DNA of 64,000 nucleotides, from contig OX597831.1 of NCBI GenBank assembly GCA_951406725.2, forward strand, positions 31,806,001 to 31,870,000. Reading direction: 5' to 3'. The stretch is from Octopus vulgaris. Taxonomy: Eukaryota. How positions within the stretch are numbered: the first letter of the stretch is position 1; each line of letters begins with the position of its first letter. The notes below the pieces were generated by a model, which was not told the origin of the DNA, made no database searches, and saw only the letters and a program-made list of their open reading frames with translations. The position numbers and the translations under genes were made by a program. Below, piece by piece: positions 13,080-25,835 of the stretch.

Positions 13080-13231
13080 TATAAAAACAAACAAACAAAA
13101 AACACACCTCTTCCTCCCCAGAAAAAAAAAAAAAAACTCCCCACTAACCGCGTCAATCTCTCCTCCTTCGCCATCCATCCTTTCCCCCGCCACATCCTTA
13201 CCATTCTTTCTTTGAAACGAAACTAGCAACA
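13080..13231 (+). promoter_or_regulatory. Probable 5' UTR/proximal promoter of the integrin alpha gene
   Basis: Non-repetitive, C/pyrimidine-rich stretch immediately upstream of the ATG (context GCAACAATGG, A at -3 and G at +4). Positional inference only. Confidence 0.35.
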
Positions 13232-13425
13232 ATGGTTGCAGAGGGGGCTTCTTGCCGGTCTACAGCTTTAGTTATTCCGTTGTTGCTGTTGTCAATCTTT
13301 GTGCCGTCGGCTTTCACGTTCAACATCGACACAAGAAATGTTTTTATCGTATCGGGGCCCAACGGATCTTATTTCGGATATTCTTTGGCTTTTTACCAAC
13401 ATCCACAGCAACAAGAAAATCCCAA
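13232..13425 (+). CDS. Integrin alpha subunit, first coding exon (signal peptide plus start of the beta-propeller)
   Basis: Translation MVAEGASCRSTALVIPLLLLSIFVPSAFT|FNIDTRNVFIVSGPNGSYFGYSLAFY. The hydrophobic signal peptide is followed by the integrin-alpha mature N-terminus FN(L/I)D and the GPxGSYFGYS motif of the first propeller repeat. It ends at a canonical donor AA|GTAAGT (13426-13431, phase 2), just before the expected LLVGAP. Confidence 0.88.
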
Positions 13426-13601
13426 GTAAGTAATTCGCTTTCTCGTTCTCAACTTCACTCTCTCTCTCTCTCTGCTTCACTTTCTCTCTTTCGCTGCTTC
13501 ACTTTCTCTCTCTCTCTCTCAGCTTGTCTTTCTTTCTCTTCTACTTTCTCTATTATCCGTCTCTGTTTCTTTCACTCCTCTCTTTCCTTTTATCACCCTA
13601 T

Positions 13602-14006
13602 ACTCTTTTACTTGTTTCAGTCATTTGACTGCGGCCATGCTGGAGCACCGCCTTTAGTCGAACAAATCGATCCCGGGACTTATTCTTTTGTAAGCCCAGT
13701 ACTTATTCTATCGGTCTCTTTTGCCGAACCGCTAAGTAACGGGGACATAAACACACCAGCATCGGTTGTCAAGCAATGCTAGGGGGACAAACACACACAC
13801 ACACACACAAACATATACATATATATATATATACATATATACGACAGGCTTCTTTCAGTTTCCGTCTACCAAATCCACTCACAAGGCATTGGTCGGCCCG
13901 GGGCTATAGCAGAAGACACTTGCCCAAGATGCCACGCAGTGGGACTGAACCCAGAACCATGTGGTTGGTTAGCAAGCTACTTACCACACAGCCACTCCTG
14001 CGCCTA
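13602..14006 (-). mobile_element. tRNA-derived SINE, family A (full length)
   Basis: Reverse complement of the 16541 copy: A box TGGCTGTGTGG, B box GGTTCAGTCCC, CORE-like TTGGGCAAGTG, internal (AT)n/(GT)n and (TAAAAGAG) tail. Confidence 0.92.
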
Positions 14007-14303
14007 TTAATATTTTTACTTTCTATATTTTATTTTTACAATTATTGATGTTCACGTTTTTTTTGTAATGTTTCTTTGGTCTTCTTTAATTTTCTTTTTG
14101 TATTACGTATCTTTGCTTCTTTAAATTTCCCTACCTATCCATCCACCCGATCCACCTGTCAATCCATCCACCTACATCCAATCCTTCTCTCCACCTGTCT
14201 GTCGTACCAACAATCTCTGTCAATATCTGTTTATCTCTCTATCATCAATACAGCCATATCCAGCCAGTCAACCGTCCCTCCATCTATCCACCTGTCCCTC
14301 TCT

Positions 14304-14304
<1 letters not shown>

Positions 14305-14361
<57 letters not shown>

Positions 14362-14402
14362 GTCTATCTATCTATCTATCTGTCTGTCTGTCTGTATGTC
14401 TG

Positions 14403-14473
<71 letters not shown>

Positions 14474-14528
14474 GTCTGTCTGTCTGTCTATCTTTCTACC
14501 TACCTACCTGTCTATCTATCTATCTATC
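14305..14528. repeat. (TATC)n/(TGTC)n microsatellite
   Basis: Direct reading. Confidence 0.95.
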
Positions 14529-16540
14529 TTTTTTTATTAAAAAAAATTTTTTTTTGTTCTTTTTTCCTTTTACGATCCCTTTTGATCGAAAACCTACGCC
14601 ACCTTTTTTTTTGTTTCTTTTGTTTTTTGTTTTTTTCATCCCTTAAAAGAAAAGCTCTACCTTGTAACTTGTCCCATCTGTGTGCACCCCTGTGTGGCCA
14701 ATAAAGAAACTTATCTCTCTCTCTATCTATCTATCTACCTATCTATCCAGCCAGCCAGCCATCCCTCCATCTACCCACCCGTCTCTCTGTCCTTCCATCT
14801 ATCTATCTGTTACTCCACTCGTCCAGTCTATCTTAGCCACCCATCTGTCCATTCATCCTTGCAGTCATCATCAAACTGATAATCCACGTCCATTTATCTA
14901 TCCACCCCCTCTTATCCCCTGATAATCTCTCATCACTTACCTATCAATCTTAAATCACTACTACTACTAATACTACTACTACTACTACTATTACCACTAC
15001 CACTACTACTATTAAGGTCAGTAGAATGCCAACCTCTGTGGTTCTGAGTTCAAATTCCGTCAATGTCAGCCCTATGTTTTATTCCTACGTGGTCAATATA
15101 ATTAAATAAACCTTCTAAGTTAATTTTTCTGAGTTCAAACTTCCCGAGGTCAACCTTGTTTTATTCTTCTGTGATCAAGACAAGGAAATAAATAAGACCT
15201 CCAGTCATCTAAGCACGAATGTCGACTTAAACCGGCTTTAATATATCCTCCAGCTGAACACTCGATGGCCTTGTCGAGTAAAAGTTGTAAAGCAATTTAC
15301 TCTTTATTCTTTAATCATTAACAATCTATCCTATTTCCTGCTTCACTGTCCAAACAATAAAATTATATTTCATGCGGACCACTTATAACATAACAAGCCA
15401 TTATTTTATTCCCACTTAAACCCGGCAAAATGCAAATTATATTTATGTGTAAGGTTGTGTGTGTTGATGTTATTAACGAGATGTATGGGTTGTCAACTCG
15501 CTGTGTTTGACTATGAACATGTTAGATAATGGGACAGAGGAGTGAATTGAATGTACCGGTCCAACCCACATGTTATCATCAAACCAACAAAAAGACTTCT
15601 ATGACTCAACGTCAGCCAGGTGGACCCATCCAATGACAGGAAGGAGATGCTTAAAAAAAGGCTCGGTTTTCCTCTACTTTTCAGCTGCCGATTGGAGTGA
15701 TTGACAACGTCTTGTCCCATTTTCCCAGCCATAGCCTCTCGGACCTTAATGTCATCCTTGTTTCTAATAACCAATTTCTGTCATTGGATCCATCACTGGT
15801 CCCTACTAAAGTTTTGGCAGTCCCCCACAAGTTTTCTGTGTAGTTACTTCATGTATTATATAATTATATAACGTAACGGTGGTTATGGGTACACTGAGAT
15901 GAAAAAAGACGGTATGGTCATGGCTGGAAAGCTTTTGATCTTAAGTTTGTTCGATCAGAATTGATCTGAGGATAAACAATACAGATAGCTTTATTGGTGA
16001 TCTTTGAATAAAGGGGTTTGCTTTCACTTTGTAAAATTACAGCCAGTATTATCTCGTTTCGCGGCCGGTGGCCAATGACCTGGGGTTAAACAACAATTAA
16101 TGTCTGTATGTAATGAGTCTGTGGTGAAGGGACCAAGCAACTTCCAGGCAGATTTCAAAAAAGATTTTCCCATGTTTACCTTCAAATTGCGCACCCCTAC
16201 CACTCAGCAATCTTAACCGAGGATCCACTCTTGTATGTAGCAGATATATGGTTAATCTGGAAGGGTATAGGTCTGGTGCGTGAGAGAGAGAGAGAGAGGG
16301 GGGGGTACAATTGTGGACAAGAGGTAGTACTAAATTGGTGAATGGGTCCTTGCTAATCAGCTAAATGGCTTTCGTTTAAATGAAACCTAGGATTGTGAGG
16401 AAAGGTGTGGTGGTGTGGTTTCGGCAGCTTTCCAGGTATGGTATACGAGCAGTTTTTTGATTTTGTTTTTTTTCTTCTCCATGCTGAGAAGGGACAAGAT
16501 CAGGAAACGTTTTGTGTATATGAACAGTTTAGAAACTGTT

Positions 16541-16703
16541 AGGCGCAGGAGTGACTGTGTGGTAAGTAGCTTGCTTACCAACCACATAGTTCCGGGTTCA
16601 GTCTTACTGCGTGGCACCTTGGGCAAGTGTCTTCTACTATAGCCTCGGGCCGACCAATGCCTTGTGAGTGGATTTGGTAGACGGAAACTGAAAGAAGCCT
16701 GTC

Positions 16704-16761
<58 letters not shown>

Positions 16762-16980
16762 ATATGTTTGTGTGTCTGTGTTTGTCCCCCTAGCATTGCT
16801 TGACAACCGATGCTGGTGTGTTTATGTCCCCGCCACTTAGCGGTTCGGCAAAAGAGACCGATAGTATAAGTACTGGGGCTTACAAAGAATAAGTCCCGGG
16901 GTCGATTTGCTCGACTAAAGGCGGTGCTCCAGCATGGCCGCAGTCAAATGACTGAAACAAGTAAAAAAGAGAAAAAAGAG
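16541..16980 (+). mobile_element. SINE family A (full length)
   Basis: AGGCGCAGGAGTG...GGTTCAGTC...CCTTGGGCAAGTG...GGCGGTGCTCCAGCATGGCCGCAGTCAAATGACTGAAACAAGT; near-identical to other copies. Confidence 0.92.
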
Positions 16981-17231
16981 AGAAAGAGTAAACTCTATAA
17001 TGCTGTTATCGCATATCAACGTAAGTTTGTAAACCCGTGGGGGGAGAGAACGGTTCGTACATAGAACAGAATCACTTTCCAAAAGACGCACGACGTGACA
17101 ATATATGAAACACATCTCAGACAAGTTCCCATCGTATATAAAAAAAAGTTTCTTTGTAAAAATTAGTAATTTTTGTATGGGGTGAGGAGGGTCGGATGTT
17201 TGTCTGTTTTTCTTTCTGGTAGTAAAAGGTA

Positions 17232-17648
17232 TACTCTTTTACTCTCTTTTACTATTTTACATGTTTCAGTCATTTGACTGCGGCCATGCTGGAGCACCGC
17301 CTTTAATCGAGCAACTCGACCCTGGGACTTATTCTTTTGTAAGCCCAGTACTTATTCTATCGGTCTCTTTTGCCGAACCGCTAAGTAACGGGGACATAAA
17401 CACACCAGCATCGGTTGTCAAGCAATGTTAGGGGGACAAACACAGACACACAAACACACACACGCATATATATATACATATATACGACGGGCTTCTTTCA
17501 GTTTCCGTCTACCAAATCCACTCACAAGGCTTTGGTTGGCCCGAGGCTATAGTAGAAGACACTTGTCCAAAGTGCCACGCAGTGGGACTGAACCCGGAAC
17601 CATGTGGTTGGTAAACAAGCTACTTACCACACAGCCACTCCTGCGCCT
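17232..17648 (-). mobile_element. SINE family A (full length)
   Basis: Near-identical reverse-complement copy, tail-to-tail with the 16541 copy. Confidence 0.92.
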
Positions 17649-17871
17649 ATTACAGAATCTGCGCTTGTACAGAATTCGATAGTTTTTAGCCGGTGTTTGT
17701 GAATAGAGTGATTGCCTGTAAAGTAATTGAAACCCGTGTGCTCATGAAAGGGGCTTGGATGTCATACCCTACTGAGCGGGGTTTACAAGATCGCTGACGT
17801 TGAAACTTTACACGTCTGATGAGTGAGGTGTCTAGGGTTACCTGTGGAGCACGCATGCTAAGATGGTTGTG

Positions 17872-17915
<44 letters not shown>

Positions 17916-18158
17916 TTAGAAATTACAACAAACACGTCATAATGTACATGCCCGCACTTTCGAGTACAACAGAATCTAAAGGAAGTGTGCCGGCGAGGGC
18001 CTGGCCTAAGCATGCTGCAATGCTGATACGAAACGCAACGTGCAAACATACAGGCGTCATAAAGAAGAACGTTTTGCAACCACGTGGTTCCAGATTCTGT
18101 CCTATCACGTGGCATCTTGGGCAAGTATCTTCTACCGTAGCCCCAGGTGGAGCAATAC

Positions 18159-18407
18159 GGTACTAGTAGCGTAGACTGGACCCGGTTTGCGCAGACGCGC
18201 GTCCGTGCTAGCCAGACGTAGGCAGTCGATCCTACGAGCTGACTGGCGCATGCACGATATATACTTGTATCGATATATACTTATCGATACAAATATATAT
18301 CGTATATATCGTGCATGCGCCAGTCAGCTCGTAGGATCGACTGCCTACGTCTGGCTAGCACGGACGCGCGTCTGCGCAAACCGGGTCCAGTCTACGCTAC
18401 TAGTACC
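18159..18407. mobile_element. Foldback MITE, Mutator (MULE)-like
   Basis: Perfect 106-bp inverted arms (18159-18264 / 18302-18407), GG...CC termini and a 9-bp TSD GAGCAATAC (18150-58 / 18408-16). It interrupts a SINE copy. Confidence 0.9.
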
Positions 18408-20035
18408 GAGCAATACCTTGTGAGTGGAATTTGACTGAAACTCTGTGTGTGTGTATGTCTTTCACTTTCACAGGTATATATCGGCCAAAGCCGTAAACAT
18501 CAAAGAAAAGCCAACGCTGTTTGAATGAAGTTCTCTTTTGTTCAGCACCGAGTAAGAAAAACCCCCAGTCGCATCAAGAACTAAACCATTGCTTTCGCCG
18601 AAGTTTTCATAGTATAGGAAAAGCAGGTCACCGATCGGTTCAGTTGATAAGGAGTGTCCACTGAGAAGAGAGAAATAATGAAGGTGGTGAACGAGGTGCT
18701 TATTTCCATCATGTTTGAAATGTTGTGATGGGTGAGAGAGAGAGAGTAAATAGCTTAGTAAATAACATGAGTTAGCTCTGAAGCGGACTTGTTTGAAAAT
18801 CCTGGAAGCGACATCGTTGTGATTGGCCACACACTTTAGTGGAGCGAAATGCCGGACGAGGTTTACTCGCTTCTATGAAATGTGAAACTGAGAAAAGGAT
18901 TTTAGGAGGAGTTTGGTTGTATGCACTTGGAAACAACACAGCAAATATCGTGGTTTAGCTTCAGGTGATCCCTGACCGAACAGATCTATAATCGAAGACG
19001 TTTCCCGTCGTGGCCATCACATTTTATTCAGTCATACCAGTGACTGCATTATTCCAAGTTTATTTTCTATATGGAGACAGTCGGAGCGGGGAAAGAGAGA
19101 TTCGGTTGCTATTTCTAATAGTCTGGAGATTCCTTTATCTGCAGGAATACCACTTCAAGTGCTCTCTCTTCGATGAAGAAGAACAAGCACTAGGATTCTA
19201 CAAAGTTAATACAAAAAAAAAAGCTCTTTAGAAAGGAATGATTTTGCTTTACTTGTGGTTGTCTGCGAAGCAGTGGTTAACCAAATACCTCTCTAAGTGG
19301 CGATGGGTGTTGTAAGCCTGTTTATTCGCCAGGTGGTGTAAGCGTATTATCTCAACAACGCGGGAGGCATCAGTTTGTGTAGAACGTGAAAAGATCTGAT
19401 CAAGGTCACAACTGAATAACATATTCGTCACACTCTGTTGGTTTAAACGAGAGAAAATTGAAAACAATACAAAATTCAAATAGATTTTGTTGTGGGCCCT
19501 AATTATCTCGATGATGAAATAACAAATAACTTTTTAAATTATGTGGAAAAATAGAAGAATATATGGACAGCTTCATAAGATCATCTTTTCTCGCTTTATA
19601 CCCTCTTCATTTAATCTTATTCTCTTTAAAAAGTCATTTATTAATCATCATTCATTACTTGCTGTGCTGTGTCACGCACAGTCTACGATGTGTAAATGAT
19701 CCGTAATATTTAATTTAGTTATCTTAAACATCGGTCTGTACTTAGCTCTTCTCTGGGTTTCGTGCCAGAAACTTCGGGACTACACATTACATTCATGCTA
19801 AGGAGCTATCCAGCCATGACCATCCTGTCATTTTAGGACTATTCAATATTACTGCATTGTTTCATGCGTTCTTTTCGTTTTTGAGATAATAGAAAGTGAT
19901 TTAAAGAAGATTTGGATGCGATTTCTGGTAGGTCGAGTGACCGACCGTCTAAAAACTTGAGATGGTATCAAAAAGTTCCCGGACTAGTTATGTTTAATAT
20001 AAAAAATGGCATTCCTTCGATATAACTCGACAAAT

Positions 20036-20445
20036 AGGCGCAGGAGTGGCTGTGTGGTAAGTAGCTTGCTAACCAACCACATGGTTCCGGGTTCAGTCCC
20101 ACTGCGTGGCATCTTGGGCAAGTGTCTTCTGCTATAGCCCCGGGCCGACCCATGCCTTGTGAGTGGATTTGGTAGACGGAAACTGAAAGAAGCCTGTCGT
20201 ATATATGTATATATATATAAGTGTGTGTATATGTTTGTGTGTCTGTGTTTTTCCCCCTAGCATTGCTTGACAACCGATGCTGGTGTGTTTACGTCCCCGT
20301 CACTTAGCGGTTCGGCAAAAGAGACCGATAGAATAAGTACTGGGCTTACAAAGAATAAGTCCCGGGGTCGATTATCTCGACTAAAGGCGGTGCTCCAGCA
20401 TGGCCGCAGTCAAATGACTGAAACAAGTAAAAGAGTAAGAGTAAA
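20036..20445 (+). mobile_element. SINE family A (full length)
   Basis: Same consensus as above. Confidence 0.92.
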
Positions 20446-20689
20446 ATCAAAACATTTCACTTCAGGTATTTCCATGGGTTGTGGGGTATAGATATAACGA
20501 AATTATGCCAGCAATGTCTCATTTTAAACTCGAAGAAAAAAAAGCCTTGCATATTTGTTCTTACCTGTTTCATGTGTGTATGTAAAAATCCGCAAATTTC
20601 CAAGCAGAAAACAGAATCGAAAACTGTCATTTGCTTCCACGGGAATACCCGAAGTGAAATGTTTTGATTTTGTCGAGTTATATCGAAAG

Positions 20690-20905
20690 AATGCCTCAAA
20701 AAAAATAATTCATTTACACAAGTTTTAACACCATCGCCTTCGAAATAATCACCTTGCACAACAATACACTGGTTCCAGTGTTCGTGTCACTTTTGGAATC
20801 CGGTCCGGAGGTCGTTTTCCGTGAGAGAGTCGAGGACCTTCTGCGATTCGCTCTGGATCTAGACAACGGTGCTAAAATGGCAACTTTTGAGCTGCATTTT
20901 CATCT
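20690..20905. mobile_element. Mariner-like remnant
   Basis: Minus strand reads WNQCIVVQGDYFEGD, typical of mariner transposase C-termini; a possible TIR remnant GGTATCAAAAAGTTCCCGGACT lies at ~19964. Confidence 0.5.
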
Positions 20906-21086
20906 CGCATCTATGTATGCATGCATGCATGCATGCGCGCGTGTAGGTTTATACGCGCGTTTGTGTGCCTGTCTATACACGTGCACGTGCATGAGAAAGA
21001 GAGAGAGAGAGAACCTTTTTGAAGTTCTTAATGAAAACCGGTTACAAAGGAAACAAGGTTATCTTAATTAACATCCGACAGTTATA

Positions 21087-21123
<37 letters not shown>

Positions 21124-21224
21124 ATGTTTGTATGCCTGCATGAATATATAGACGTGTCAAAGGTGTGTATAACAATATGTAGTTAGTACTTGTGTATGTA
21201 GTATCTGTTGGATACAAATGTTGA

Positions 21225-21455
21225 GGGCGGCGAGCTGGCAGAAACGTTAACACGCCGGGCGAAATGCGTAGCCGTATTTCGTCTGCCGTTACGTTCTGAG
21301 TTCAAATTCCGCCGAGGTCGACTTTGCCTTTCATCCTTTCGGGGTCGATAAATTAAGTACCAGTTACGCACTGGGGTCGATGTAATCGACTTAATCCGTT
21401 TGTCTGACCTTGTTTGTCCCCTCTGTGTTTAGCCCCTTGTGGGCAGTAAAGAGAT
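21225..21455 (+). mobile_element. tRNA-derived SINE, family B (full length)
   Basis: GGCGGCGAGCTGGCAGAA head, B box GAGTTCAAATTCC, central GCCTTTCATCCTTTCGGGGTCGATAAATTAAGTACCAG; near-identical to 25836-26065. Confidence 0.9.
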
Positions 21456-22234
21456 ATATATATATACTGTGTGGTATACTTACACAAACGGACATCATCT
21501 GTGTGTGTGTGTACACTCTATGTCTATATACTATGTTAAACGTACTATATTGTCGGCCACTCCCATCACCTAACCCAGAAAGTTCCCAAACTGTTTCGCG
21601 CTGCCCATCAGCACCACAAACGTTGACAAGCAAATTCAAAACAACACTATTTCACAAATAAAACTTAACCTAATTAACCCATTATTTGGGTGGGTGGGGG
21701 AGGGTGATAGATCCATCGCCCCCCTTTTTACCCACCCTATTATTGCCCCACATCTCTTCAATGCCTCTCTTGATTTTTCTGCCGCCCACTTTGGGAACCA
21801 CCGACGGTCGGTAAGGTTAAGACAATACCATAATCTTATTCATCAATGACACTTCAGCTGTGTATCTGTGTGTACCGAGTAAACTATCGGCTCCTTCCCC
21901 CCCCCCTCCGCCTGATTGCATGCAGAATGGAATGAGACGCGATTAGTTTCACCGATCATTACCAGTTCATCAGAACTGTTTTTCTTGATCCCATCTACAA
22001 ATATTAAAACGAGCAAAAAGCGAAGGCTATTCCAGCTGTTCTAAGCATTTAAAAAAAAAAGTAGCTGTAAACCAACGATCTTTCCCTTTCTCTTTCTGTT
22101 TCTACAAATGACATGAACACAGTAAAGAGTGAATGAGTGAGAGAGGGGGGGGGGAGACGCTAAACAATGTTTATTAAAGGTATGCAGCATATACATCTAT
22201 TTAGAGACACTATATATATATATATATATGTATG

Positions 22235-22271
<37 letters not shown>

Positions 22272-22274
<3 letters not shown>

Positions 22275-22675
22275 CTCTTTTACTTTTTTATTTGTTTCAG
22301 TCATTTGACTGCGGCTATGCTGGAGCACTGCCTTTAGTCGAACAAATCGACCCCAGGACTTATTCTTTGTAAGCCTAGTACTTATTCTATCGGTCTCTTT
22401 TGCCGAACCGCTAAGTTACGGGGACATAAACACACCAGCATCGGTTGTCAAGCGATGGTAGAGGGACAAATATAGACACACACATGCATATATATATATA
22501 TATATATATATATACACGACAGGCTTCTTTCAGTTTCCGTTTACCAAATCCACTCACAAGGCTTTGGTCGGCAGAAGCTATAGTAGAAGATACTTGCCCA
22601 AGCTGCCACGCAGTGGGACTGAGGGTTAGGGTTATGTGATTGGTAAGCAAGCTACTTACCGCACAGCCACTCCTG
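22272..22675 (-). mobile_element. SINE family A
   Basis: Same consensus, reverse strand. Confidence 0.9.
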
Positions 22676-22723
22676 TCTTTTATTATTTTACTGGTTTCAG
22701 TCATTTGACTGCGGCCATGCTGG

Positions 22724-24096
22724 AGGGTGGCCCAAAAGTAGGTTTAGAGTTATCACGTAGGCACTTTAAACTTCTTTAAAACATTTTATTACATTTAAAT
22801 TTCTATCTTACAAACTTAGATATGTTTCGATCAAAGATTGGTCCAGGCCATGTCTAACTCAATAGCACCACCTGATAGGATTATCTAAATCCTGTTTAAA
22901 TCAAGTTTTGTTTATGGTCCATTCAAGTAGTGAGTTCTTGTTGAGTGAGTTGTATCCAGGTATGAGTGGCTTATCCGGTATTCCTTGAAGAAATCTGTCC
23001 AGACTCCGTTTAAAGATGATGGGATCCTTTTCCTCTTTGATCTCTTTCGGGACAATGTTAAACAGGGCATGGCCTGTTGAGGAAAAGAAATTATGTCGCA
23101 GTGTACCTATCTGCTGTGATCCTGAATTGGGCAGGGGACGTATGGCCCGTGGTCCCAGACTTGGATGAACTTTGAAACTAATGTTCAGGTCGTTTGGGCA
23201 ATGCTGGCGGTATATTCTCCACATCGTACAAATGATGTACCGCTCGCGACGGCGCTGGAGAGAGTAGAGTTTCAAGGCTTTAAGGCGGTCCCAATAATCG
23301 ATTTTGCGATGCCTTCAATTCGTTAAGTGAGTGCCCTCTGGGGTGATTCAATCCTCGAGATGTTTTGTTTTGTATGGGAAGACCACAAGGGGCAGCAGTA
23401 TTCCAGGTGTGGCCATACAAAGGAGGAGAAAAGTGGAATGATGATACCTTGTTCTCTGGACCGGAAGGTTCTTAAGATCCAGGAGCTCATCCTACGAGCT
23501 ATATCGACTTTATTGTTGGTGTGGGCACTCCAACTGAAATTGTTATCAACAATTACACCCCGGTCTCTGATATTATAAGATGCTGTGAGCGGTTCCCCCA
23601 GAAGGAAGAGTGTATGGCTGTTTTAGTATAGTCTTTCCTCCAAAATGCATCAGCTCAAATTTTCCCTCGTTCAGTTGCATTTTGTTTTTGTCTGCCCATT
23701 GACTCACAGCATATAGATCAGACTAGAGTTGAGTTCGGTCTTCTTCATTGATGATTTTCTGGAGCTTAGTGTCATCAGCAAATATTTTCACTTTGCAGTG
23801 ATTTACGACGCTGGAAAGGTTATTTATGTAAATTATAAAGAGGAGCGGGCACAAGACAGTCCCCTAAGGGACACCACTGGTGACTTTTGTTGGGCTTGAG
23901 TGGACCCCATCGACTACAACATGTTGTGTTCTATTCGCCAGGAGATACTTAATCCTGAAAAGGGAATTTGACAAAATTAACTAAATTAGCATTGAATAAT
24001 GGTTTCATATGCTTTTTATAATTAAGATCTAAACTGTTAATATATGAAAGCGAAAGAGACTGTTGAATAACTGTAAACCTACTTTTGGGCCACCCT
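22724..24096. mobile_element. Tc1/mariner-type non-autonomous element carrying a nested LINE fragment
   Basis: TIRs AGGGTGGCCCAAAAGTAGGTTTA (from 22724) / TAAACCTACTTTTGGGCCACCCT (to 24096), followed by a TA run on the right. Confidence 0.75.
22812..23955 (-). mobile_element. 5'-truncated CR1/L2-group LINE (RT pseudogene plus 3' UTR)
   Basis: Minus strand translates to SGVP*GTVLCPLLFIIYINNL...IFADDTKL (RT motifs, with an in-frame stop) and the C-terminal LYSLQRRRERY...LFNIVPKEIK...LDRFLQGIPD. Confidence 0.92.
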
Positions 24097-24119
24097 ATAT
24101 ATATATATATATCTTCATC

Positions 24120-25032
24120 TTTTATCTTTACTTGTTTCAGTCATTTGACTGCGGCCATGCTAGGGCACTGCTTTGAAGGGTTTTAATTGAATGAATCAAC
24201 CCCAGGAGTAAGCCTAGCATTTATTCTATCGGTCTCTTTTGTCGAGTGTAAACACTCCAGCACTACCAGTCAAGTGGTGGTGGTTGGGGGGGGGGCACAT
24301 ACACACACACACATATATATATGACGGGCTTCTTTAAGTTTTCGTCTACCAAATAGACCCACAAGGTTTTGGTCGGTCCGAGACTATGGTGGAAGTGGTA
24401 GAAGACACTTGCCCAAGGTATCACGCAATGGGATTAAACCCAGAACCGTATGGTTGGGAAGCAAGCTTCTTACTACACCACCCCACACACATATTTATAA
24501 TCTTTTATTCTTTTACTTGTTTCAATAATTACACTGTGGCCATGCTGGAGCACCGCCTTAAAGGGTTTTAGTCGAAGAAATCGACCCCAGGACTTTTTCT
24601 TTGAAAGCCTAGTATTTAGTCTAGGTGCCTTTTGTCGAACAGTTACGGGGACGTAAACACACTAACATCGGTTGTCAATCGATAGCGGTGGGGACACAGA
24701 TACAAGGACACACACACACACACACCAATTTTGACCCTCCGCAAAATCCCAAATTTTATTTAATTTGCTTTGCGGGCGCAACTGATTTATCGAAGTCGTA
24801 TCTTGTCGTGAATTGCTCGAAATACGAATAAGAAAAACAGCCAACTGATGAAGGGTCGTTCTTTATGTTGCTTGTCTTCTTTTCCATTTGTTTCTTTTGT
24901 TGTTCGCAAAAAAAGTTCATATTCGATGTATTCGTATTTCATGTTTTCGTATTTTATGTTTACATTCTGTGACGTCCTCTGCCCACATATGCATATGTAA
25001 GTACATATACGTCTGTTGTATATATGCATATA

Positions 25033-25071
<39 letters not shown>

Positions 25072-25219
25072 CATACATACATACACGACTGGCTTCTTTC
25101 AGTTTCCGTCTACCAAATCTACTCACAAGGCATTGGTCGGCTCGAGGTTGCAGTAGAAAGCACTCGCCCAAAGTGCCACGCAGTGGGACCGAACCCGGAA
25201 CCATGTGGTTGGGAAGCAA
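24120..25219 (-). mobile_element. Two diverged SINE A copies, the second split by an unrelated insert (~24725-25020)
   Basis: Copy 1 at ~24120-24480; copy 2 has its 3' half at 24503-24720 and its 5' half at 25085-25219. Confidence 0.75.
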
Positions 25220-25395
25220 ATATATTCATTGAAGTCTCTTGAGAGGAATTCTAGAGAAGAGCACAAAGTTTATTTCGGATCCCTTTCCTAAAATATCAAT
25301 GCTAGATTTCAATATTTGTAAATATGTGCTCCTAAGAATATCCCGGGCCTGGCTACGATGTACACCCTGTTTTCCACCCCACCGCCTCGCATCAG

Positions 25396-25501
<106 letters not shown>

Positions 25502-25835
25502 AATTGTATGTTCCGCACACTTAAGACTGCAAGTGGTCTGACACACTTATTGCAAATTTAATTACCTCTAATCTGAAATGACCAAATTTGTATGACACCA
25601 TTACATTAGGGTCTCACAAACATAAATATATAATTAATATGGCGTGTTGAAAACCTCACAATACAGGGCGTCGAAAAACTGAGATTATTTATACAGTGAG
25701 TAGATAAAATCTTCTTGTAAGTTTGTTTAAAATCTACTGAAATGGTTTTTAAAAAAGAACGAGAGCGGTGCTTTCCCCTCCTCGTTTACTGAGATAGATG
25801 GTCGTCATTTGTTGGTGGGTTTGCAACAGAAACGA

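Noticed and set aside
13252-13782. 176-aa ORF overlapping the integrin exon
   Set aside because: Alternative frame running through a (CT)n tract and a SINE.
13776-14048. Recurrent ORF family MLGGQTQT...RQASFSFRLPNPLTR (also 16387, 17425, 34606)
   Set aside because: Antisense reading of SINE A, not a gene family.
16541-16615. tRNA-like A/B boxes at SINE heads
   Set aside because: No complete cloverleaf; they are parts of SINEs, not tRNA genes.
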